64,000 nucleotides of DNA from Penicillus capitatus. Taxonomy: Eukaryota; Plantae; Chlorophyta. The DNA lies in the NCBI GenBank assembly GCA_965649825.1, contig OZ287694.1:1611197-1675196 (forward strand), in the 5' to 3' direction. This document shows, in pieces, positions 37,289 through 48,375 of the stretch; position 1 is the stretch's first letter; each line of letters starts with the position of its first letter. The notes below the pieces were generated by a model. That model saw only the letters and a list, made by a program, of their open reading frames with translations. It was not told the origin of the DNA and searched no databases. Both the position numbers and the translations under genes were made by a program.

Positions 37289-39656
37289 ATGACTCGTGAC
37301 GTCGGAAACACCATCAACAGAACGCCAGCGCTTCCGTCGGAGGCGCGTTCGGCGTATCCAAACGGACGTAAAGGTCGTGCACAAACAGTTTACCGAAAGG
37401 ACGCGCTGCCCGGATGCGTCGCACGGATGCGTTGGCTGGACGCGTTTTTTCGACGTGGCGTTTCGATTTTCTTTGTTCCTGCACGCGACAATGATGTCCC
37501 ACGTAACGAGGCGTGTCAGCCTCACATCGAGGTTCTCTACTGGACCGAAGAAGAAACGCGACGGTAAACCCAAACGCACGAACGTTTCAACCAACGACGG
37601 ATCGTGTTCGCGGCAGTTTGATCATCGATCATGAAGAGAAGCTTATCGACATGGCGAATAGTGCGAATGGCAATCCACTCCTCTGCGACGCCATTGTCCA
37701 GAGACAGCCTGAGAGTGCGTGGCTGTTGCTTGAGCTTGCCCGGCGACATGACAGATTTGTCATCCTTGAAACCGGTTGTTGCCGAACGCTGGACTGGGCG
37801 ATGAGCAGCCGAGCAGAGGTGGTCGCGAAATACGTCCTCGACTGCGTGGCAAAGGAGAAGTTGCCGATGGAGGAGTCCTGCTGCATTCTGACCAACTACC
37901 TCTTCCCTCTCAGCAGAGAGTTTCCCCGTCTAATGAAGAACTACATCAGGAATGACAGCTTCGCATTCGAATACGCCAGATTTTCGGTGCCGCGTTCGCT
38001 GATTGACACGAATGGCAAGCGAGCGATCGCCATGACATCAGATGAGCCGCCGGAGAGATTTAGAGGACTTACCGCAGAAACGGCGAGGGCGTTCTGGGTA
38101 GAACACTGCAAAGAGCACTCCGAAGACTTGAAGGAGTCAATCGATTTTCAGATCGAGATGTCCGCCAAGTTCCTTTGCGTCGAAGACCCGACGGCTTCGA
38201 CAAAAGGCAATTGCAGAAAAGAACGTCTCTGTGTATGCCTCTACAGACAGGACTTCCCAGTGGAGGTCTTCGAATCTGAGACGCTGAAGAACTTGGTCGA
38301 TTGGTGGTTTCATTATCATCGCCGCACTTACTATTTCGTCATCATCCTGGAAGGCGCAGGCACTCTGGCCTTCACGACTTTTTCCCAGCTGTATCGATGT
38401 CGAGACGAGGTCGGAGCAGAACGCTGGCCGCCATCGATGGGACTGTTGCTCACTTCATGTGTGACGCATGGTTTGAGCACTTTGTACTATCCGACATTTA
38501 CAAGGCAAGAAGCCACTCATGACGTCGATCTGCCTGTTAACCTCTCGGATGGATGGATTCAGGTTCTGCATTGTGTCCATGGAGATTGCGCTGGCTGTGC
38601 TGCTGATACTGACTTGTGTGGACGATCATTACTGCAACTACACGGCTTTTCTGACATCTGCCTCGTGCATTCTGCAGTACTCCTCGGTACCTTTCAAACT
38701 CACGCATCCGAGTGCCTCCTAAGTGTGCTCCAGTTAGCCTGTGAGTCAACTGTATTTGAGCGACTGGGGCCGTTCATTTCGATGGTGCATTCAGCATTCG
38801 AAGACTCTTGGCATCTTCTGCTGCTGGTCGCTGTCATGGTTTTCGGCTACTCGGTTGCATTGATGGCGCTTCTCAACAGCGGATCCATCAAAGATGACGA
38901 TGGCAACTTCAGCTCCCTTCCGCGTACAATGGAAACCCTCTTCTACTCGTGTATCGGAAACTTCGAGGTGGACGTAAGTCCTTGTCCACTCTCCATGCTA
39001 TCTCCTAAATGCTGTGCCTGTGGTTCTGATGCAGATGTTTCGATCCTCGAGTGATCTTCTTACAGTGTGGGCCGCTCTACTGTTTGCTACTTTCATCTGC
39101 ATTGCACCGGTTTTGCTGATCAATCTACTGGTCGCCATCCTGACGGATACGTACGACAGAGTCCGTGCAAAGGAGAAAGCAGAACTGAGAAAACTCCGAC
39201 TCAAGATAGTCGCCAAGTGTCAGGCTCCAAATATTCATTTGATCGCACATATCCTGTAGGCTCATCCGTGATTAATCGAAGAAGCTTGGTGACAATGTTT
39301 GATGGTGACGTAGGGAAAAAATGAACGCAGGATATAGAGCTTTTATTCGCGGTTACCTCTCCTTTCGAGGATTGCCAGTCCCAGAGTTCGTTCCTAAACA
39401 GCGTCAGTTCTACTTCCATTATCTGGTGCCGGTTGATGGCAGCGAATTAGAACCGACTGTCGACGAATGGCAGGGGAGACTGGTGGCCATCAAAAGAATC
39501 GTCCAGTCTGAAGCTCGAAAGAACGCGGAAGGATTCAAGGAGCAGTTTGCAGCCTTAGGCGAGATAAAGGGACTGAAAGCGAGAATGAACAGATTGGAGA
39601 GAGCTATGGAGCAGATCCTCCAGAAGCTGGATAGGATGGACCCATCCTCAGCCTGA
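37289..39656 (+). CDS. TRP-like ankyrin/6TM cation channel (TRP-6)
   Basis: PLLCDAIVQ, TLDWAMS, FAFEYARFSVP, SAKFLC, FESETLK, ERLGPFISMVHS, pore ETLFYSCIGNFEVD, S6 LINLLVAILTDTYDRV, FYFHYLVPV, EWQGR. GC-AG intron at 38505-38562. Confidence 0.87.
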
Positions 39657-40759
39657 ACAACAATCTGGCACATTCGAATGTGCTTTGTTGATCATGAAGC
39701 CTTTCAAAATCTTTTCTTTAACTGAACAAAGCAAAGGTCGTTAACCCTTGCGTCGGGCATCTCTTCGTGCACATGCGTATCTTGTTGACCCTTCACATCT
39801 TCAACACGGAGATAGACCTGCGTATGGTCATGGTGACCTTTGATGTTCATGCGTTTTTTGATTGCTGGCGGTACTTGCCGGACAGTCCAATGCTAAAGGA
39901 TTCGTTAGTGTTCAATCGGAATGAAACAGATCTGTAAGAAACGGAAACAAAAGCGATCGGCTTCATGAATCACAGATCTTTGCCATTGCGTGCTCGAGGA
40001 ATCTGGGACAGCATCAGCGTATTCCGTCTCCGCACTTCCAGTGATGCTGAGGCAACTTACAGATACGTCTGAAGGACACTATAGGGACCGTCATCGCGGT
40101 CATGCCTGTTATCTGTTCTGTCCAGCAAGACACACAGAGTCGTTGCCTGCTACCTTGTAGTGATTGTGCTGTGCACATCTGATGGCCCATCATGTTAACG
40201 ACATCAATCATTTTCAATCGTTCGACGAGTATCCACTCAGGCAAAGCGATCTGACTTGAGATGAGATTTCCCGCTTTGATCAGCAACGGACTTTCTGCAT
40301 ACACATGCGTGCTGGAGGCGACTGTCACCTAAGATCAGTCGACAAACGGCTTTCTGCTGAAAGAGGGACTATTCCTGTCCGCCGCACATCGACAGAAGGT
40401 ATCGAATTGCACATTCGAGATTGCGACAGGGTTCACTCATAGACGCATCTTAATGTTATTCGGGAGGTCGAGCGCGATCGTTGCATCCTCAGTTCAAAGA
40501 AATGAAAAAATCTGTCACACCGTTCGAGATCCAGATGAACAGGAACACAGCGAATGAACCAGTTTCAATGGCAATGACTGAACTGAATTGACGTGACAGC
40601 CAGAAAGATTCGCAAAACTTGTCAGAGATTGTAGCCAACTGACATTTTTATTAGTGAGGTAGACATTGGTATTCATTCACTGAGTCGCAGCATTTGGCGG
40701 AGAAGGATGTGGCGGAGGCTGCTCATGTTTGTCATTGCCATTTGGCGGAAAGAGTTGTT

Positions 40760-41530
40760 CACTTACCAAAAACAGACGCACTCCCGTCTTGAAACCGCTC
40801 TGCGTGGTCGGCACTCGTCGTGCGTGAGGTGCTGGAGAGAAATCTGTGACGTCGGTGAACCTCCCTGAGTTCTTGGCTGGCCTACGTCGCGGTCACCGTT
40901 TCGTCCGTGCCCAGCGGACGGATGATGACAACGCTGCCGGCTGTCAGATCGCTCTGCAGCAAGACCGTCAAAAACGCGAGCAAAGGCAAGGATCTTTACG
41001 CTTAGCTGGAAGGCGCGTATCTGAGAAAGACGATGTGCCGAGTGCAAGACGAAGAAAGCGCATTCCGCAGTTGCCAGTCTCTCGAGTCCGCAGAGTCCAG
41101 TGAAGCAGACGGTATGCAGCTCGGTATCGGTATTGGCCAGAAGGCTGCCGAGGTACTCGGCATTCCTCTTCGTAAGCACCCAGAGCATACCGAAGAGAAA
41201 TAAAGAACCCGTTACGGTGAACTCCGGGCAGTCCTCCGCCGTCTTCCTTGAAGAAAATGGTGATCACTGGGTAGTCAAGTCGTCCGGTGCCTTGTGGAGG
41301 GCAGGTCGAGCGTCGAATGTCTCTGCCACAAGAGCGGATGGTGAGGAGGGAAAAGCGTGGGCAAGCAGGATCAAAGACGCGGTGGGTCATGTACCGCAGA
41401 AGCTCGACGCGTTCGCTCCCTCCACGCGCTCTGCTCAGAGATGGTGATGTGACGCGAAGCGACATGACGCGATCGAGGAGGCATCCATCCATTACATTCT
41501 CGATGTCTACATTCATCATTACCATCCACT
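40760..41530 (-). CDS. Hypothetical multi-exon protein
   Basis: Open frame ...RLDYPVITIFFKEDGGGLPGVHRNGFFISLRYALGAYEEE... flanked by plausible GT-AG introns. Family unknown. Confidence 0.25.
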
Positions 41531-42386
41531 TGTTACTGTTGGCTGTCTTTTCTCGCTGCATCTGCCCCGGCAAGCATGGTAGTTGATCAGTTTCTCTGAG
41601 GCCGTTGTTCCTTCGAGACTCTTTATCTGTGGCAGCATGTCTCAGAATCCATTACTAGCTTCCTTGCAGCGTTTCCGATTCAGATGACACTGTCATTAAT
41701 AATCGGTTGGGTGCGTCGTCGAACAGTCCCATCAACATCAGTGGACGAGGCAGCACAAGAGTTCTAGGAACTGTCTTGTGTTGTCGGCTGAGTTCCTACT
41801 GATGTGGACGGCGCAATGTGACCACTTTGTCTGTCCCTTTATCACTTGAACTCCTCACGGCGTCGCCTTCTGCTGGATGCACATCGACAGGATCCATGCA
41901 GGACAACACCGAGTCTTCTCGGCAGCATTAAGCACTCACTGCCAACCAGGTCTTGTCGCTCACCAGACGGGCATGTCTCCGAGCGCAGATACTGAGGTGT
42001 AGAGACCGTCCATTCGAATATCCAACCCTTGGGCATCCAAAGAGTCCTCACTGACTCTTTGGTCTGCACGAAGAACAGTTTCCCGAAGACCACTCACTGA
42101 CACGTGACAACTGTGATGAGATTCCGTGCGAAGAAGAGTAGATGCCCCCGCAAAACTGGTCACTGTGCGAAGCGAAAGCACAACAAGTGAACGTCGGCAG
42201 CTGTGCTGCGGCAGCACCACGTCGTTTCCACCTCATGTCCATGCAGCAGTATTCGACGATAATGTCATCGGTCGAATTGCTATTTCTGGGGACAACGTAC
42301 TGTCGGTATCCATTCACCTCAGAATTGATCGTTTCGCCTTGGCATTGCAACACCGTCAGTGAATCTCAGAAAACGGTGCTGTAATC

Positions 42387-44822
42387 ATGGCCAGCCGTTA
42401 CGTGCCTGGCGATGTCGAAAACGGAGTCAGGGAATCTGCCGAGCGGTCTTCGGACCGACGGAATGCGAACGAACGAACACTGGAAGCAGAGACGACAAGA
42501 GACGCCTCAAGACAAGGTGCCTCGCCGCGTGACCCTGAGATTCAATTCATGTTCTCTCCCTTCAGGTTACGCCGACGGCATCTCCATCGTGACACGCGCC
42601 GGCATCTACGTTCCCTCCTGGACCGAAGATACAGCGACGGGGTAAGACAAGAGCATCTTGGGAAGACGGACCGCGTGTGTGTTCGTGCAGGTTGATTGCT
42701 GAACATGGCACCAAAGTCATTCATGCCGACAACAGCAATGGCGTTCCTCTGCTGTGCGACGCCATCGTCCACCGACAGCTACATAGCGCGGAGCTGTTGA
42801 TGAGATTTGCCAGTGAGCACGGTTTTTTCGTCGACTCCGACCACGGGGAATGTCCGACTCTGGACTGGGCCATAAAAACAAGGTCTGTCGACGTGGCCAA
42901 GTTCGTCTTGGACTGTCTGTCAGAAAAACTTCTGTCGATGGAGGAATCTCTCGCCATCCTGACGAACTACGTGTTCCCTCTGATTGAACAGTTCCCAGAA
43001 TTGATGTCAGATTACCTGGAGAACGACAAGTTCTCATTCGAGTATGGGAGATTCGCGGTCCCATACTCACTGTTCGAGAAGAGTGGCAAGTGTCCAATCG
43101 CTATGACAACAGACGAGGCCTTGAACGTCTGGACGATACCGGACAGTGCGGAAGCGAAAGACTTCTGGATACGCAACAATGCAAAATGTGCTGCAGAGAT
43201 CGCCAAGACCTCAGAATTCCAGGTCGATGCGGTCGCAAAGTTCCACTGCATTGATCTGAACCGTATCCGATCCGGTTCCTCGGCAAACAATAGCAGTCTT
43301 CTTGCAAAGCTGCAGAAATGGTCTTGTTGTCAGAAGCATCCGTTGGGACAGCTGGTGTCATTGAACCTTCCGATTAGTATCTTCAAATCTGAGTCCATTC
43401 GATCCCTTTCTAACTGGGTCTTCTACTCGCTCTACAGTCGATTCCTCTTCCTCCTGATCCTCGACATAGCGACAGCTGTCCTCTTCTCACTCTTTACAGG
43501 GATCCATGGATTGAGACACGCAGAGCTCGATGGATGGGAGGAACGGTTCTCCTTACTCCTAATCATCGCAGCTTTCTTGTTATCCCTGATCACAATGACC
43601 ATCCGTTTCTCCAAGATCAAGTGCGCCACACGTCAGTACTGGCCGGTCAAGGATCTGACGTACGTGCGATGCAGATTCCTCAGCGCGGTGGTCACTCTGT
43701 TGCTGGCAATTCACGTCGCCGGTTCTTCAGAACACAACCAGTATTCTGCCTTCCTGACCTCAGTCGAATGCATTCTCTGCTGGATCCTGGTACCCCATCT
43801 CCCATCCCTCGTGCATTCGTGACTGATACCGCTTTCTGTATGTGCATGTTCGTACAGATCGTCGAGGCTCTTCGTCCCTTCGACAGAATCGGACACTTCG
43901 TCTCGGTGGTCATCTACTCGTTCAGGGCCATCATCCCTTTCTGTGCCCTGCTCGCATCTATCCTCATCGGATTCGCTTTCTCGTTTCGAATCCTCTTCAA
44001 TGTGAAGTTCTATGACGATACCAACAGCGATGGCGGAGCAGCAGATGGAAGCGAGCAGCATACGGGGCATGCTAGGAAAAGATGTCGCGGAGACGATGAC
44101 GACTATGGAGACCTCAGCTCATTCTTTCATGTCCTGAAGATCCTCTTCCAGGCAGCCATCGGCAACTTTGACGAGAAGGCGCCACCCCTGTGCCGTCAAT
44201 TTCCGATTCACAGGATGGTGTGTATCTAGGCCTTTCGCTCGACGGACACGTTCATTGGAACGTGGAGATCACTCCTGTTCAACGGCTTCATCTTCGCTGG
44301 CGGGATTGTGATGCTCAGCTTGCTTGTCGCCATCCTGAGTGATACATACAGCAGCGTCCGATTCACTCAAAGGGAGGAGCTGATGAAATGTCGGACAAAG
44401 ATGGCAGCGGGCACTCTGTGTACCTTCAAGATCCCTGATGCTCTTCAGGGCATCATCCGGTGAGTGGTCACAGAACGAACTGGCGATAAAGGTTTCATCT
44501 AACCTTTCTGTGTAGGCGACTCTATCGTGGCAAACGCGTCGAGAATAGGCCACAGCACGCATTCAAGTCGACCAAAAGTTGGCTTCGCCGATTTTTTATG
44601 GATGAGCGAGATCGACAGAGTTTCTTTCACTATCTGGTTCCTGTAAGCCAGACAGTTGAACAGGCTCCAGACCAGAAGACCAGAAAGATACTTCAGTTCG
44701 AGAGAATGATGCAGAGAGAGATGCAACAGTGTACCGAGAATTTCAATCGGCAGTTCGAATCGATGCGTGACACGATCACAAGGATCGATGATTACTTGCT
44801 GCAGATGAAGAAAACGCACTGA
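42387..44822 (+). CDS. TRP-like ankyrin/6TM cation channel (TRP-7)
   Basis: PLLCDAIVH, TLDWAIK, FSFEYGRFAVP, VAKFHC, IFKSESIR, FDRIGHFVSV, pore KILFQAAIGNFDEK, S6 MLSLLVAILSDTYSSV, FFHYLVPV and coiled coil. The post-pore intron is GC-AG (44179-44229). Confidence 0.88.
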
Positions 44823-44900
44823 GGAGACAGAACAGATTAAATCGGATCACGGAAGGAACAGTTGAAGATTGCACAGAAGATGACTAATAAAATAACAGAG
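43778..44900. repeat. Inverted duplicate of about 62880-64000 (TRP-7/TRP-10 3' halves and flank)
   Basis: Near-identity on the reverse complement including introns and 3' flank. The repeat runs off the window end. Confidence 0.92.
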
Positions 44901-45822
44901 TACTTCAATGAAGCAAGCCGTTTGCTGAAAATGAAGACTGATGACATATCGCATACATCTTAGAAGTCTGTTTATGGTAGCCATGTTTTTTCTTTGAACA
45001 AATGGGGGATTCAGGAACGCAGTCCTGTTGTCGAGTTTCATGATTTTTTTTATTCTCAGTGGTTTGCGATTTTTCTTTTGTATGTTATCTCTCTTTCGAT
45101 GTCGAAGTAAAGTATGAAACGTTTTTTATGTTGATGCTTAGTAATTTTCTGCCGAAGTTTCCACTCTTTCGGCGTTACAGAGTATCGTTGCCAGTCTTCT
45201 AGTATTCCCTATTTGCCAATCTCGAGAAATCCATGCTCAGCTTCTATCGAGGCATCTGTCTACGAACCTCTTTCTCTACGTGAGCCGTTTTTTAATGAGA
45301 TCACATGTGTGCTGTCAGGTCGTTCTTTTTTGTGCGACCCCGTAGAGATGCACTTTGCCAGGAAGTCAAATCTAACAGTACACACCTATCGAAACCAGAA
45401 CCCTACTGAAGAGCCGCTACCAAAAGACTGAATTTCGTAAAGTCTCGTTGTTGGATTTACAAAGGCATCATCGAATGTATAAAGAAGTATGGCGAGACCT
45501 ATCTGTCTTCTGCTGGAAACACCTGTTATTCTTTTCCGCCCTGTTTCAGAATCCTGACACAGTCCTATCCAAGAACAACAAGTTGCTGGATTCTGTGGAT
45601 GTTTCATTCTGGATCATTCTACTGTCAAGTACAGGGCAAGAACATTCCTTCCTCATCAAATCGTAAATGTGTGTGATGTCGTTCTTTCTGTGTATACCAT
45701 TGATTCTCATTGTCCGATTGCCATGGAGAAGCTCATTTCTCATTTGGGCGATGAGAACAGTGCGTGTGTTGAGTGACAGTGAACCATCCCGACATCTGTC
45801 TTGTCGTTGTCATGAAGTGTCA

Positions 45823-46999
45823 TTACCGGTTATCCGATCCATCAGCAAAGCCGTTTTTGAACAGTCTATTTGCGTTATTTACATTTCTGCAGTGAAAGGA
45901 ACATGTTTGAATGTCAGTAAACCCATTCCATGCTGTTATCGACTCGCTCGACGGACTTCGAAACGCGACACGTTGCAGAAGAGTCACGGGTCCTGTTTGT
46001 CTTATCTCGTCCAACTTCTCTTCGGACTCCATGAACAAACGTCTCCCGCGAATGACAGCGCGCTGCTCGGCAGGAAGCCTCTCAATAAGTCGGCAGTCAA
46101 CTTGTGATTGTTACTTAGTATGCAGTGTCCGTGCTTCTCGTGACATCTGGGGATGAAGATGAACCGGTCCATCGTCCAGATCACGTTGTATAAAGCAGTG
46201 TCTTCTTTGAGCCAACGACGAGCATCCTTCAGGACATCCAGATAGGCCTCGTGGATCTCGCTCTCCTGCAGTCTCCTCCAAGACGGACACCGAAGGGACG
46301 GAAAGAAACGTTCAATGCCGTCACATCACCTTCGGTAAGCATGCCTTGTAGTATGCATCAAACGGCAGAGGAGAAGAAGCGGACAGCGGCAGTGGCACCA
46401 CCTACCGACCATGCACCGCACACGTGCCCGCCTTCCCGCATCAGACGCGCCTGGATGTGTTTGTGTGGTTGACTGGCGCCGGACATGGGACCGCAGTTAA
46501 AGAATGCGACGCCCCCTTCTGGCGTGCACTACACTGAAGACGCTTTCCGGGCCTCTCCGCAAACACTCCCTCACCTTCAGCGTCTTCCATGTCGCCGAGA
46601 CATCTGCCAGTGTGAGTGGCCGGTGCTGATGCTCGTAGCTACGCGTAACGACCAGGACGTGGCGATCCACGAGATTGAACTTGTTCAGCAGGAGCACGTG
46701 CGTCTCGCTGAGGTCCATCACCCAGAGATCCGGATCGTATGGCAGGAACGGATTCCCCTTCTTATCTCTCAAACCATCGCTCTGCAGGGCGACATCGCGT
46801 TGCCGAGGCATCGGTACTTGATCGTGGCGTTGGATTTGCGTTTGAGGGCCTCGGAGATACGCACGACGAAGTGCCCTCTGCTGACGGGGTCTTCCAGGAG
46901 GTGCACCTTCGTCGGGGTCTTCATCACGGCCCCTCGTTGCTCGGCACGACGATAGCGCTCTTCGATGCCATTCCACAGTTCGCGTCCGGCTGAGCACAT
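45823..46999 (-). pseudogene. ATP adenylyltransferase / Ap4A phosphorylase (Apa1/2-like), probably frameshifted in the 3' part
   Basis: NPFLPYDPDLWV, HVLLLNKFNLVDRHVLVVT, FFNCGPMSGASQPHKHIQ (HxHxQ), YNVIWT..FIFIPR, ALSFAG and GPVTLLQRV. The last motifs cannot be joined in frame without indels. Confidence 0.75.
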
Positions 47000-47064
47000 C
47001 GTTCGCGGAGTCGACGTCATCCAGCGGAAGGAAACGCGCGCTGTCAGATGCATCGAACGGGAGA

Positions 47065-48375
47065 ATGATGGAAATCGACGATATCGAAGACATTCCGCTG
47101 CCGCTGGACGTCACCCTGCGTCCCCGGCAGCGATCCGTGGCGCTACGTCAACGTCAGCAGGAGCCCGGTCGAGGACAGGGCGCCGTTCCGGGGACGCATG
47201 CCATCTGGGTGCGCACTTTCGGCTGCGCGCACAACCAGAGCGATTCCGAGTACATGCTGGGTCAGCTGCAGAGCTATGGATACAGGCAGGGACTGGGTGG
47301 CGGAGAGAGGAGATGTGCTGTTTGGTTTCTAGACTGGTGGAAGAGAAGGAGAATGCCGATTTGTAGATTGTCAATAGCTGCACGGTAAAGGGTCCCAGTC
47401 AGTCTGGTATGACAAACCTGGTCGAGACGGGACGAAGACTGAGGAAGAAGCTGGTCGTGAGTGGATGCGTGCCGCAGGGTGATCGACGCAACGCCGCCAT
47501 CAAAGAGCTGAGCGTCATCTGTTCTCCTGTGCCCACAGAAATGACAGCCGTGATGTGGCGGCGGACCTGTCGTTAGGTGTGGAGCAGATCGATCGCGTCG
47601 TGGAAGTGGTGGAGGAGACGCTGAAAGGGAACGTGATTCGATTGCTGACGAAGAAGGAATTGCCGCAGTTGGATCTTCCCAAGATTCGCCGAAGTCCATT
47701 CGTCGAAATCCTTCCTCTCTCGACTGGATGCCTCGGTCGCTGTACTTACTGCAAGACCAAACACGCCAGAGGTCTGTCACATCATCTTTCTTAACCGTTG
47801 GCAGCCTCTATCGATGGAACACGCGAGTTGGGAAGCTACGATCCAGATCTTCTGGTTAAGGGAGTGAGAAGTGTAACCTCAGATCCGGTGGTAATGGAGA
47901 GGAATGCTTTTCAAAGGTGGCGATTGTTGGGGGTATGTAGGTCAGAGAGATCTGGATGAGCAGTGAAGATACTGGCGCGTACGGTCAGGATCTGGGAACG
48001 GACATTACTGTTCTGCTGAGGCGCGTGGCGTCTGTTCTGCCGTCGGACACTCGTACCATGCTGCGGATCGGCATGACGAACCCCCCTTACATTCTGGAGC
48101 ATCTGGATTTTATCGGTCGATGTCTGAAGCATCCCTTTGTCTACTCCTATCTCCACATCCCAGTGCAGTGCTGCAGCAATGCCGTTTTGGACAGGATGAA
48201 GAGAGAGTACACCGTCGAAGGTTCGGTCACAGTTTTCCTCTTGCTGATTTCTCACACTTTTCTGTCTGCAGAATTTGAGCACGTGTGTGATACGCTGTTG
48301 GCTGCCTGTATGGAACTGGAACTTGCGCCGGATATCATCTGCAGTTTTCCGGGCGAGACGGATGATCCGTCGTGA
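47065..48375 (+). pseudogene. CDKAL1: CDKAL1 (tRNA t6A methylthiotransferase, radical SAM), disrupted and 3'-truncated
   Basis: [41 protein letters not shown] (CxxxCxxC), EDTGAYG, GMTNPPY. TAG at 47364-47366 replaces the Trp of ADLW. The ORF stops after FPGETD with no TRAM domain. Confidence 0.88.

Noticed and set aside
40014-40328. Transposase fragment
   Set aside because: No catalytic motif or terminal repeats; the resemblance is too weak.
44900-45820. AT-richer stretch as an endogenous viral relic
   Set aside because: Only short stop-ridden frames with no viral hallmark recognisable.
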